This document shows positions 1 to 9,458 of a DNA stretch of 64,000 nt, piece by piece. The notes under the pieces were generated by a model. The model did not search any database and was not told where the DNA came from. It saw nothing but the letters and a program-made list of their open reading frames with translations. Each line of letters begins with the position of its first letter. Within the stretch, counting starts at the first letter, position 1. Where the stretch lies: NCBI GenBank assembly GCA_963707025.1, contig CAVPOM010000012.1:320001-384000 (forward strand). The letters run 5' to 3'. Source of the DNA: an uncultured Verrucomicrobiae bacterium. Lineage in GTDB: Bacteria > Verrucomicrobiota > Verrucomicrobiia > Limisphaerales > Palsa-1400. A program made the position numbers and the translations under genes.

Positions 1-2529
1 CAGGTCAGGCCACCGCTCCCGCCGTCCGTTTGCCATTGATAGGTGTAGGTCAGGCTGGCATTGGTGGTAAACACCGCCGTCAGCGTGGCTGAATCCCCCA
101 CCAGGACGATGTTGGTGGGGGATGCGCTCGGTGGATCAACCGTAATCGGAACCACGGCCAGGAGGCCGGCGGCGAAATTGTTTGAAATTTGGGCCGCAGT
201 CAGGACGCCCGAGGAAAGGCGCATCGAGGCGATAAACGCCACGGTATTGTCGGCCCCAAGATTGGGTCCGCTGGTCAGCCCCGCCCCTACGCCGACCACC
301 GTGGACACGGTTTCAACAGGATAACCATTGAAGGTGGTGGATGAGCCCAAAGTGTGAAGCACACTCTGAACACCGTTGACGTAGCCGATGGCGTTGGTCC
401 CGTCGTACGTCCACGCCAGGTAATACCACGCCCCATTGGCCGGATAGCCCGAACCCCATCGGCAATCCAGACCGCCGAAGTCGCCCGAAAAACAGCCGCC
501 GCCGCCGCCCGTGCTCCAGTTCATTTCCCGGTCTTCCTCTGGAGCGGCGGAGCCGCCTTGCAGACCATAACCAATAATACAATTATTCTGGCCGCTATCG
601 GTGGTGGAATAAACCCACGCTTCACCCGAAGAAGGGCCATTCGAACTGATTTCAGCGGGGGCATGCAGCGCCGATTGCACCGCCGTGGAGCTGCTGTTCA
701 CATAGACAGAATTGATGGCATACGCGCCCCAAAGCGGGGTGCCGGGGTTGACCACATTGTTGGAAACATGGATAGCGGCACTGTTGCTCCTCTTGAAGTT
801 TCCGACGCTGGCCGCGGACCCCGCCCGGTTGGTCCAAGTTGTCGCGCCGACAACCAGGTCAGCCGAGCGCAGCTCGGCAATCAGATCGCCGGCCAGTTGC
901 AGCGGCGGCGGTGTCGGGGCGAGAGTCGTCGTCAGCGTGGCTGGTGTGCTGTGGCTGACACCCACCGCATTGCTGGCCTGGAGTTCATATTCGTTGGTGA
1001 AGACCGAGAGGTTGAGCACCAACAGGGTCGTGTTCGTTTGTCCGGCAATGGGGGTAAACGTCACCCCGAGATTCGAGCTGACCATCCACTGATAGCTGAT
1101 CGGTTGGGGGCCGATGAAGGAAGCGCCGAAGCTGCTGCTGGTGCCCGTCAAGGCTGGCAGCCGAGGCGGGGTAAGTATCTTGCACCACCACCGGGACGGT
1201 TGGCGCCAGGATGTTGACCGTCAGCGGCGCAGTGGTGACGTTGACGGGGAGGCCGTTGTTGGCGGTGGTCAATACCACTTGATATTCGTAGGGCTTCACC
1301 GACAAACTGTTGGCAACCACGGCATAGGTTGCATTCGTCGCGTCGCTAATGGAAGTCCACGTTGCGCCCGCGCTGCCATTGTCGGTTTGCCATTGAATAG
1401 TGGGCGCGTTCGACCCATAGGGAGCCACGCTGAGCGTGGCCGTGTTCCCCTGATAAACATTGGGGCTGTTGGGCGTGATGACGGGAACCGCCGGCACCAG
1501 CAGGAAACAATTCTCGTTGCAATTCCCGCCTGTGACGGTGAACCGCAGTGTCTCTTGATCGCCGCCGGCCGCCCACACGACGAGATTGCCGTTGGTATCT
1601 TTGGCCGGACACCATGTATAGGTTTGCCAGCCAAGACCGGCGACCGAGAACGCGCCCATGTGGTTGGTGGTCTGTGTAGTGGTGCCATAGCCGGAGGTCA
1701 CCATGCCGATGGTGCAGGCGTTGGCCTGAGCGCCATTGCCGCCGGAACCCCGCAGATAAATGTTGTAAGCGCCCGCCGGGTAGTGCCGCGTATAATTCCC
1801 CCAGTCACCCCCGTTGTTGAACCCAATATCGAAATCGGGGTAGCCGGTGCTGGCATATTGATACCGGGGCGTATCGCCCTCCCCCTCGGTTTCCAATGGA
1901 TTAGGGCGGTAGTTGGCGTTTCCTCCACTGTGGTTGTTGCAATCAATGCCGACGGTGGCGGCCAAGGTGCTGTAGGCATCAATATTGGGAAACGATCCCG
2001 GGGGCAGGTTGTCAAAGAACTGGCCGCCGCCCCAATCAAAATCCTCCGCTTCAAAGGTGAGGTAATCGGGATTGATTGTGTCAAAGTTCACGGTGCTGGT
2101 CGCCGTGCCGCCGGCGTCGGTTGCGGAGATCACCTCCTTGTAAACCGTGTCGCCCGCCAGTGCCATCGTGACCGTTTCGCCCGTGGTCGGGCCACTGACG
2201 GACAGGCCGGATGAGGGGGTGAGAAGGGTTGACGTGACGACCCCCGGCAAGGTGGTGGCGGTTAATTGGACGGTCAGGGCGGTCACGCCCGTCCCGGAAG
2301 AGACTTGAAAGGACAACTGGTTGGCGTCAGGTGGCACCGCGCCCTGAAACTGCACCGAGCCAACACCAAAGCCATTTAGATTATTGGGAGCATTAGGCAG
2401 CACGATTCCCGAGATGGAGGGTTGGGCTTGCGTCGCGTTGCCGCACAGCATAATGCCGGCCGCGGCCAAACCCGCCGCGAGTGACGTGAGAAACGTGACC
2501 CGCAGACTGCGTGACTTAATCTTTTTCAT
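1..2529 (-). CDS. Large secreted multidomain protein (carbohydrate-binding module, Ig-like, LamG/ConA-like). Frameshifted near 1152 and runs off the window start
   Basis: Signal peptide MKKIKSRS...QAQP. CBM-like region (FEAEDFDWGGG...GDWGNYTR). Removing one base near 1152 continues the frame as LTGTSSSFGASFIGPQPISYQW...LAGDLIAELRSADL...EEDREMNW...SGDFGGLD...YQWQTDGGSG down to base 1. Confidence 0.8.
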
Positions 2530-2659
2530 TTGATTTCAGTTTCTATTTGGTGGTTTTTAGTTCGTTACAGTAATGCTCCAAAAAGACGAATGGCCGGCGC
2601 TCGCGGGCCTGGAGAAAGTGTTCATGCCAAAGTCTTGTCAAAACCGATGGCTCCGCACA

Positions 2660-2676
2660 ATCCCCGAAAGCGGGTA
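2660..2676. promoter_or_regulatory. ATCCCC-N6-GGGGAT-type palindromic site upstream of the 2529 gene
   Basis: ATCCCCGAAAGCGGGTA, one of five similar sites in promoter regions of the glycan cluster. Confidence 0.6.
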
Positions 2677-2777
2677 GGGCCGCCAGTTTTGCCGGATGGC
2701 GCCGGGTGCCGCAAAAGACGGGTGACAACGCGTCGGCGCCGGCGGGCGCGCCGTTTTTCTGGACGCAAATCGCGGCA

Positions 2778-2829
2778 CTCCCCGCTTTCGGGGATTGTAG
2801 GGTGGGATCGCCATTGCTAGGTTGTCAAC
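2778..2829 (+). promoter_or_regulatory. Palindromic site plus extended -10, probably a leaderless promoter
   Basis: CTCCCCGCTTTCGGGGAT, 22 nt, TAGGTT (preceded by TGc), 6 nt, then ATG at 2830. Confidence 0.6.
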
Positions 2830-3750
2830 ATGAACACAGATACCGGCTCGAGAAGCGTCGGCGCCGCTTCCAGCACCATTCATCGGGCTGATGCCCGAGC
2901 GGGGCACAGCCAGAGCCGGAGGGCGGCCAGAGGCATGGCGTTCACCCTCATTGAATTGCTCGTGGTCATTGCCATCATCGCGATTTTGGCTGCGTTGTTG
3001 CTGCCGGCCTTGAGCAAGGCCAAAGAGCAGGCCCAGGGAGCCAAGTGCCTCAACAATTTACATCAGTTGACCACGGCATGGGTCATGTACAACGGTGACA
3101 ACAGAGACTTTCTCATGGTCAACGGGGACGAAAATTTTGAGCCCACGATTTTGAATCTGGCGCAGAATCCCCAGTGGTGTCCCGGCCGTGAGGACGAATT
3201 GGGGGAGAGCAGCACCTCGTTCATCAAGGCGGGGCTGCTCTATCCGTATATGCAAAATGTCGCCAGCTATGTATGTCCCGCCGATTACACCCATGTCCTG
3301 AATAATTGGGTTGAAACCAGCACGCCCAAAACCCGCAGCGTGTCCATGAATGGATGGATCAGCCCGGCGCCCCCAAGCGTTCAGGACCTGGGACCCACCA
3401 ACGGATGTCTCATCTACCACAAGTCAGGTGATTTGGGCGTTCCCGGCGCGTCCAGGCTTTGGCTGATCATGGATGAAAACCCTTGGAGCATTAACGACGC
3501 TTTCGTGGTCATCAACCCGCACGACACGACCTGGGTGGATTATCCCGCCTCTTATCACAATCACGCCAACGGCATTTCCTTTTGCGACGGCCATGCCGAA
3601 ATTCATAAGTGGAACGATCCCTTGGTTTACAACCTCAATCTAACGGAAGTTCAGGCTCAGCGGCAAGGCGGCGCGGCGCCAACCCCGGCCAATACCTCCG
3701 ACCTCCACTGGCTCGAATCCGTCAGCACCTATTGGGACGGCGCCCCCTGA
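2830..3750 (+). CDS. Prepilin-type N-terminal cleavage/methylation protein (DUF1559-like, H-X9-DG motif)
   Basis: [48 protein letters not shown]. Confidence 0.92.
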   Translation: MNTDTGSRSVGAASSTIHRADARAGHSQSRRAARGMAFTLIELLVVIAIIAILAALLLPALSKAKEQAQGAKCLNNLHQLTTAWVMYNGDNRDFLMVNGDENFEPTILNLAQNPQWCPGREDELGESSTSFIKAGLLYPYMQNVASYVCPADYTHVLNNWVETSTPKTRSVSMNGWISPAPPSVQDLGPTNGCLIYHKSGDLGVPGASRLWLIMDENPWSINDAFVVINPHDTTWVDYPASYHNHANGISFCDGHAEIHKWNDPLVYNLNLTEVQAQRQGGAAPTPANTSDLHWLESVSTYWDGAP

Positions 3751-3763
3751 TCCCTTTGCCATT

Positions 3764-5167
3764 CTATGGCTCGGGCGGAAGAGGGGTCACGGTCATGTAA
3801 TCCACGTCCACGCCGTTATGGCCACCCGTGAACATCACCACATTTGTTCTTCCCGGTTCCAGCGGAACAGTCAGAGATGAACGGCCAGTAAAGTTGCTCC
3901 ACCCCCCGGTGGAAAGAGTGTTGACGAACGAATAATCCGCGCCGTTGACGCTTAGCCGCAGCTTTGCGTTGTCGAGCGCGGCAAAATGTATATCTATGGT
4001 CGCCTGGCCTCCGCTGGGCCCGCCGTCCACTGCGTCAAACCGCACAAAGGAAGCGGCCACATCCAAATCATGCACACACTCGCCACCCCAGGCTGCGCTG
4101 TTGGTCACCTTGCTGGCGCCATCGCCGGCCGTGGCCTTGGCGATGGCATATTTGACCGCCTTTGGATTTGGGGCCGGCGCCTTGCCCACCGATGGCACAC
4201 CGTTGGTGGTTTGCACCACCTTCAGGATTTCTCCATTCGTATCGAAGTTCAATAGATCCACACAGATGGATCTTATGGTGCCACGGTGCGATATGGAACA
4301 GTTATGATAAAATGCATACCATTGGCCTTTGTATTCCACCACCGATCCGTGACTGGTGTCGCAATCGGTCGGATCCAAATAGATTCCCTTGGACGTTCAA
4401 GGCCCCAGCGGGTTGGAACTCGTGGCGTATCTCAACCGGTTGTGCCCGCGATAATTGTCAGCGTAAGTCAAATAGTACACCCCGTTGCGCTTGAACACCC
4501 GGGTCGCCTCATGGAAATCCTCCAAACCCGTGACGGGCTGCGCCGCTCCATCAATCTCAATCATGTTGGTTTGTAGCTTTGCTTCGGCACATTTCGAGCC
4601 GCCGCCATAGTACAGATAAGCCTGTCCATCCGTATCCACGAACACGGACGGATCAATCATCGAGGAGCCGCCAATCCCCGGAATGTACCCCGCGTTGGTG
4701 AAACCTCCGGCAGGCTTGGCGCTTGTGGCAATCCCGATTTTCCAAGTGTTGTTCCAATTCGAGCCGCTGGGATGGGGGAAATAGAAATAGTATGTTCCAT
4801 TCTTATAGACGCAGTCGGGCGCCCACATAAATCCCCCTTGCGGTCTCCCCCAGGGGACCTGGCTCGCCCGCAGAATCTCCCCTTCGTCCCTCCAATTGAC
4901 CATGTTGTCGGTGGAAAAGACATGATATCGGTCCATCAGATCGCAACCCCGGGGCGGGTCAATATCGCGGGACGGATAAACGTAAAGCCGGCCATCCGAC
5001 CACACATGAGCGGAGGGATCCGCCGTGTAAATGCTCGTGATGAAAGGATTCCCCGCCAGACAGGCCTGGGAGATTGCCAGGCACACGGCAATGGAAAATG
5101 CGGCTAAAGAAAGCCTTTTCGCCAATGCGGCCGAAAGATTGCTGCGATTTTTGAATGTATTGGTCAT
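3764..5167 (-). CDS. Secreted GH43 glycoside hydrolase with C-terminal CBM35/CBM6-like module. In-frame TGA at 4397-4399
   Basis: TADPSAHVW, MWAPD, IDPSVFVD, FHEA motifs. ORFs 4397-5203 and 3764-4378 share one frame: PLGP*TSKGIYLDPTDCDTSHGSVVEYKGQWY. Start at 5167 follows TAAGAT plus 7 nt. Confidence 0.88.
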
Positions 5168-5201
5168 GCCTTGAATCTTACCGCAACCATTCTCTTTCGA
5201 C

Positions 5202-5219
5202 ATCCCCGAAATAGGGGGG
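5202..5219. promoter_or_regulatory. Palindromic site upstream of GH43
   Basis: ATCCCCGAAATAGGGGGG, 21 nt from the -10-like TAAGAT on the minus strand. Confidence 0.6.
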
Positions 5220-5278
5220 GCTCATTTCAGCTTTCTGGGTCGTGAGCCACAGAACCAGCAGACCGGGGTGGAACAAAA

Positions 5279-5501
5279 TGTAACGGGTTGTAACGGCAAT
5301 GTAACGGGCGGGCAAAATATAAACCCTTGATAATCAACGCATGTAACGGTGTAACGGGTGTAACCGGCAAAACACTGCCACTCACATAAAAACTGGCCCG
5401 GAGCCAGAATTTGTAACCAAATGTCACGGGTTGTAACGGCAATGTAACGGGTCCAATAAACGTAAGTCCATGATAATCAACAACTGTAACGGTGTAACGG
5501 G
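5279..5501 (+). repeat. Two tandem ~80 bp units of TGTAACGG arrays around a TTGATAATCAAC-type core
   Basis: Units at 5279-5367 and 5422-5501, period 143 bp. About 12 exact or near-exact TGTAAC hexamers. Confidence 0.85.
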
Positions 5502-5558
5502 TCCAGCGCACCTCTGCCCCCTTTGCCCAGCGTGGCCTGCCCAAAGCGTCATGACCCT

Positions 5559-5576
5559 GTCCCCGCTTTCGGGGAT
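5559..5576. promoter_or_regulatory. Palindromic site upstream of the 5729 gene
   Basis: GTCCCCGCTTTCGGGGAT, followed 22 nt later by CAGGTT. Confidence 0.6.
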
Positions 5577-5728
5577 GGACTCTAGGCCCTCACGCAGGCA
5601 GGTTCATTCATTCCATCACAGCATGATCCAAAGAGCGCCAGGAGGTTTGTCTGGTCCTTCGTCAGCCGTGAGTATGCGCATCATGGCGACGCCATGACCG
5701 TGTCTTGCGCGCTGACCTGTCCGATAAG

Positions 5729-8700
5729 ATGAGAAAGCAGTTTCAGAATCCCCTCGTGTTCGCCTTCTGGTTCGGCTTTACCACCTTAAATGGCCACGAC
5801 AGCATGGCCGGGAATCTGCCTGCGGATGTTCTGGCGGAGTTGAATGCCTGCAACGTTACATGGCCATCCCCCAGCACCAATGGATCGCCCGGCTCCATGC
5901 CCATCGGCAATGGGGATATCACGGCCAATGTCTGGGTGGAAAACAACGGTGGTGATTTGATGATGTATCTGGGCAAGTCGGACAATTGGAGCGAAGCGAC
6001 GAGGCTGCTGAAGGTCGGCCGCTTGCGAACTCACTTCTCGCCCAACCCCTTCGCCACCAGCGCGCCTTTCAGCCAAACGCTCAACTTTTACAACGGGGAG
6101 ATTGATATTACCGCCGGACAAAGCGGCTCGCAGGTTTCCCTTCGCATATACATTGATGCCAATCAGCCCGTCGTCCGAATTCTGGCCTGCGGCCAGCAAG
6201 AATTCACGATGTCCTGCTCCAACGAAATCTGGCGCAGCTCCACGCAGCCGTTGAACAGCGGGGATTCAGACAGCTTTCGCGGGGTGACCGGCGCGCCGGC
6301 CACGCCGTCGGAAAGCGCGGACCACACCTTGACCTTGTTTGACCGGCTGGTTTGGTATCACCAAAATGCCAGCTCCTATTTTGGCGCGATTTTCCATGCG
6401 GAGAATTTGAACGGTTATGCCAGCGGCTATAGCGACCCGTGGACCAATCGCATCTTCGGCGCGACCATCCTGGCCACCAATTTTAGTGTGGTGAACAACC
6501 AGCAATTGCAGTCCGGCCCGGGCACCAACTTCATGGTCTCTGTTTATCCCTATACCAGCCAGACCAGCCTGGAAAGCACCTGGCAGACGCAGATGAACAA
6601 CCAAATCGCGCAAGTGAATGCCGTGACCGAGCCGGCCGCCAGGACCAATCATTATGCCTGGTGGGATGGGTTTTGGAACCGAAGCTGGATTTTTGTCAGT
6701 GGCGATGCCAACGCCACCAATGTCACTCGCGGTTATCTGGAGCATCGCTTCGTGGAAGCCTGCCAGGGCCGGGGCCAATACCCGATTAAATTCAACGGCG
6801 GCACCTTTACCTTTGATTACAATGGACAGAACGGCGACTTTCGGGCCTGGGGTCCGGGGTACTGGAACCAGAACACGCGTCTGTTGTACTGGCCCATGCT
6901 GGCCTCGGGCGATTTCGACATGATGATGCCCTTCTTCAACATCTACACCAACATGTTGCCGTTGCAAACTGCGGCGACGGCCAGATACTACGGGCATGGC
7001 GGCGCATTCTTTCCGGAAACCTTCAATATTTTCGGGTTATATTACGCCGACGACTGGGGATGGAACAACACCGCCGGCACGACCTGCGGCGACACCTATA
7101 TCACATATCATTACCAGGGCGGGTTGGAAACGCTGGCCATGATGCTCGCCTACTACGATTACACGCAAGACAGTTCGTTTGCCAGCAACTACATTGTGCC
7201 GATGGGCACCCAGACCATCCGCTTTTTCAACCAGCATTGGCCGAAGGTGAACGGCAAGCTTTTCTTTTACCCGGCCAACGCCTGCGAAATGTACTGGGGT
7301 TGCACCAACTCCGCGGACTATATTTCGGGGTTGATGGCGGACATTATAAAACTGGTGGCGTTGCCAACCAATTTAACGACGCCGGCCTTGATCACCGAGT
7401 GGACCAATTGCTACGCCTCCCTTCCACCATTGCCGATGGAACCAACTGCCAGCTACGTGAAACCCGCGCAGACATACGGCACAGCCCATAATTCCGAGAA
7501 TCCGGAATGTTACTGCATATTCCCCTATCGCCTTTATGGTTTTGGCCTGCCTAACTTCAATGTCGGCCTGGCCACTTTCAACAACCGAACCGTGCAAAGC
7601 TATAAATATGACTGGAGCCAGGATGTAATCGAAGAGCCGTTGGTGGGATTGACCAGCGCCGCGCAAACGGACGTGATCAATAATTTTACGGATACCGCTT
7701 CCGGAACAAGGTTTCAGGCTTTCTGGGCATCCAGGAATGATTATCTGCCGTCCGAAGACACCGGCGGCGCGGCCATGAGCGGTTTGCAGTTCATGCTGAT
7801 GCAATGCGCCGGCAGTCAAATCCAACTTCTTCCATCGTGGCCGTCCGGATGGAATGTTGACTTCAAACTCAACGCTCCCGGCAACACCTCGGTCAGGCTG
7901 GTGGTGCAAGGTTCAACTATTGCGCAGTTGACCGTCACACCTTCCATCCGCACCAATGACCTGGTGGAACCTGTGCCGGCGGCGCCCACCGCGTTGACGG
8001 CGAATGGCGGCAACGGGAAGGCGGGCCTGATTTGGACGGGGTCCGCCGCGGCTGACAGCTACAACGTCAAGCGGGCGACCGTCAGCGGCGGACCCTATTC
8101 GATTATCGCCAGCGGCGTGACCAATTTGAGCTATATTGACAACGGGCTGGCCAACGGCACAGACTATTTTTATGTGGTTTCCGCTTCCGGCATGTGGGGC
8201 GAGAGTTCCAACTCCACTCCGGCGGCGGTCACCCCAGGACCCAATTTTGGGGTTCGTTTTGAAGGAGACCTGATTGTGAACCTGCAATCAACGGATTTGA
8301 GTGCCGGTTCCAATGTCTGGACCAATCGCACCAGCAATGGGCAGAGCGTGGGCAACTTCACCACTCTGGGCGGAGCCAACCTGAATGTGGCGGCGGTGTC
8401 GTGGAACGGGCAGACGGTCAACACCCTTTTTGTCCATTCTTCAGGCAACAATTCGGTGCAGTCGGCCTTGGCCAGCCCAAGCGAAATCGTCTCCAACTCC
8501 CCGGTATCGGTCGAGGCCTGGCTCCTGGCCCTCAGTGTCAGCCCCAAGCGGGCCATCGTCAATTATGGCTGGCAGGGAGGCCCGGGCGCGCCGGTGGAAG
8601 ACCGGGAATTCAGCTATGATACGGGCGGTTCGGGCGTCATTTCCGGTGACTTCGGCAACCTGGACACGGCGTGGGCGACGACCCCCAACACCAACCTCTG

Positions 8701-9451
8701 GCATTATGTGGCCTACACCTGGGATGGCAGCACCATCACCGCCTATCTGGACGGCCTGCGCAATGTGCAAAGAAATGTGGGCGCCATCTGCAAGACGGTG
8801 CCGACGTTCCTGCAGATTGGCTCAGGCATCGGGGGCACGGGCGTCAACGGGGGCAATGACGTGGCCGACGACTATATTGCCTGCGCGCGGGTGGAGAGCG
8901 GGGTCTTGACGGCCGGGGAAGTGGCGGCCAACTATGCCGTGGGACCGTTGGGGACGCCGGTCGCCAGCACCCCGGCGGGACTGGCGGCTGCGGCCGGGGA
9001 CAGCCGGGTGATTTTGTCTTGGAACCCGTCCGGCAATGCCACTAATTACAATGTCAAAAGTTCCACCAATTCCGGCGGGCCTTACAGCGTGGTGGTGTCG
9101 AACCTGGCGGCGTTGCATTTCACCAACACCGGCTTGGCCAACGGGAGAATGTATTATTTCGTGGTGTCCGCGACCAACTCGGCGGGGGAGAGCGCCAACT
9201 CCGCGCCAGTGGCGGCGCAACCAGTGTCCCTGACCTCGCCGCAGCTCAACTTTGTGGTCAGCGGCGGCCAAATCCAATTCAACTGGCCGCAAGACCATCT
9301 GAGTTGGAGGCTGCAAGGGCAATCCAACGGGCCGGGAGCCGGCCTGGGGACAAACTGGGTGACAGTATCCGGTTCGGCGGCGACGAATCAGATGACCATC
9401 CCGGTTAGCCCGGCAGGAGGCAGCGTCTTTTACCAGTTGGTTTACCCGTAG
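5729..9451 (+). CDS. Secreted GH95-like (DUF5703-type) glycoside hydrolase with FN3, LamG-like, FN3 and C-terminal tail
   Basis: SMPIGNGDITANVW, PIKFNGG, YWNQNTRLLYWP, ENPECYCIFPYRLYG, LLPSWPSGWNVDFKL. FN3 motif YNVKR...YFYVVSA. Tail SVFYQLVYP. Confidence 0.85.
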   Translation: MRKQFQNPLVFAFWFGFTTLNGHDSMAGNLPADVLAELNACNVTWPSPSTNGSPGSMPIGNGDITANVWVENNGGDLMMYLGKSDNWSEATRLLKVGRLRTHFSPNPFATSAPFSQTLNFYNGEIDITAGQSGSQVSLRIYIDANQPVVRILACGQQEFTMSCSNEIWRSSTQPLNSGDSDSFRGVTGAPATPSESADHTLTLFDRLVWYHQNASSYFGAIFHAENLNGYASGYSDPWTNRIFGATILATNFSVVNNQQLQSGPGTNFMVSVYPYTSQTSLESTWQTQMNNQIAQVNAVTEPAARTNHYAWWDGFWNRSWIFVSGDANATNVTRGYLEHRFVEACQGRGQYPIKFNGGTFTFDYNGQNGDFRAWGPGYWNQNTRLLYWPMLASGDFDMMMPFFNIYTNMLPLQTAATARYYGHGGAFFPETFNIFGLYYADDWGWNNTAGTTCGDTYITYHYQGGLETLAMMLAYYDYTQDSSFASNYIVPMGTQTIRFFNQHWPKVNGKLFFYPANACEMYWGCTNSADYISGLMADIIKLVALPTNLTTPALITEWTNCYASLPPLPMEPTASYVKPAQTYGTAHNSENPECYCIFPYRLYGFGLPNFNVGLATFNNRTVQSYKYDWSQDVIEEPLVGLTSAAQTDVINNFTDTASGTRFQAFWASRNDYLPSEDTGGAAMSGLQFMLMQCAGSQIQLLPSWPSGWNVDFKLNAPGNTSVRLVVQGSTIAQLTVTPSIRTNDLVEPVPAAPTALTANGGNGKAGLIWTGSAAADSYNVKRATVSGGPYSIIASGVTNLSYIDNGLANGTDYFYVVSASGMWGESSNSTPAAVTPGPNFGVRFEGDLIVNLQSTDLSAGSNVWTNRTSNGQSVGNFTTLGGANLNVAAVSWNGQTVNTLFVHSSGNNSVQSALASPSEIVSNSPVSVEAWLLALSVSPKRAIVNYGWQGGPGAPVEDREFSYDTGGSGVISGDFGNLDTAWATTPNTNLWHYVAYTWDGSTITAYLDGLRNVQRNVGAICKTVPTFLQIGSGIGGTGVNGGNDVADDYIACARVESGVLTAGEVAANYAVGPLGTPVASTPAGLAAAAGDSRVILSWNPSGNATNYNVKSSTNSGGPYSVVVSNLAALHFTNTGLANGRMYYFVVSATNSAGESANSAPVAAQPVSLTSPQLNFVVSGGQIQFNWPQDHLSWRLQGQSNGPGAGLGTNWVTVSGSAATNQMTIPVSPAGGSVFYQLVYP

Positions 9452-9456
9452 GAGAA
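8251..9456 (+). repeat. 1.2 kb direct repeat, copy 1 (LamG-FN3-tail cassette)
   Basis: Near-identical to 12342-13547, offset 4091. Confidence 0.95.
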
Positions 9457-9458
9457 TT

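Noticed and set aside
4397..4399. Selenocysteine or genome-wide TGA recoding
   Set aside because: The position looks like Trp, not Cys, and TGA terminates several intact genes in the window.
5279..5501. CRISPR array
   Set aside because: The repeats are 8-mers with 0-3 nt gaps. There are no 23-47 bp repeats with unique spacers and no cas genes.
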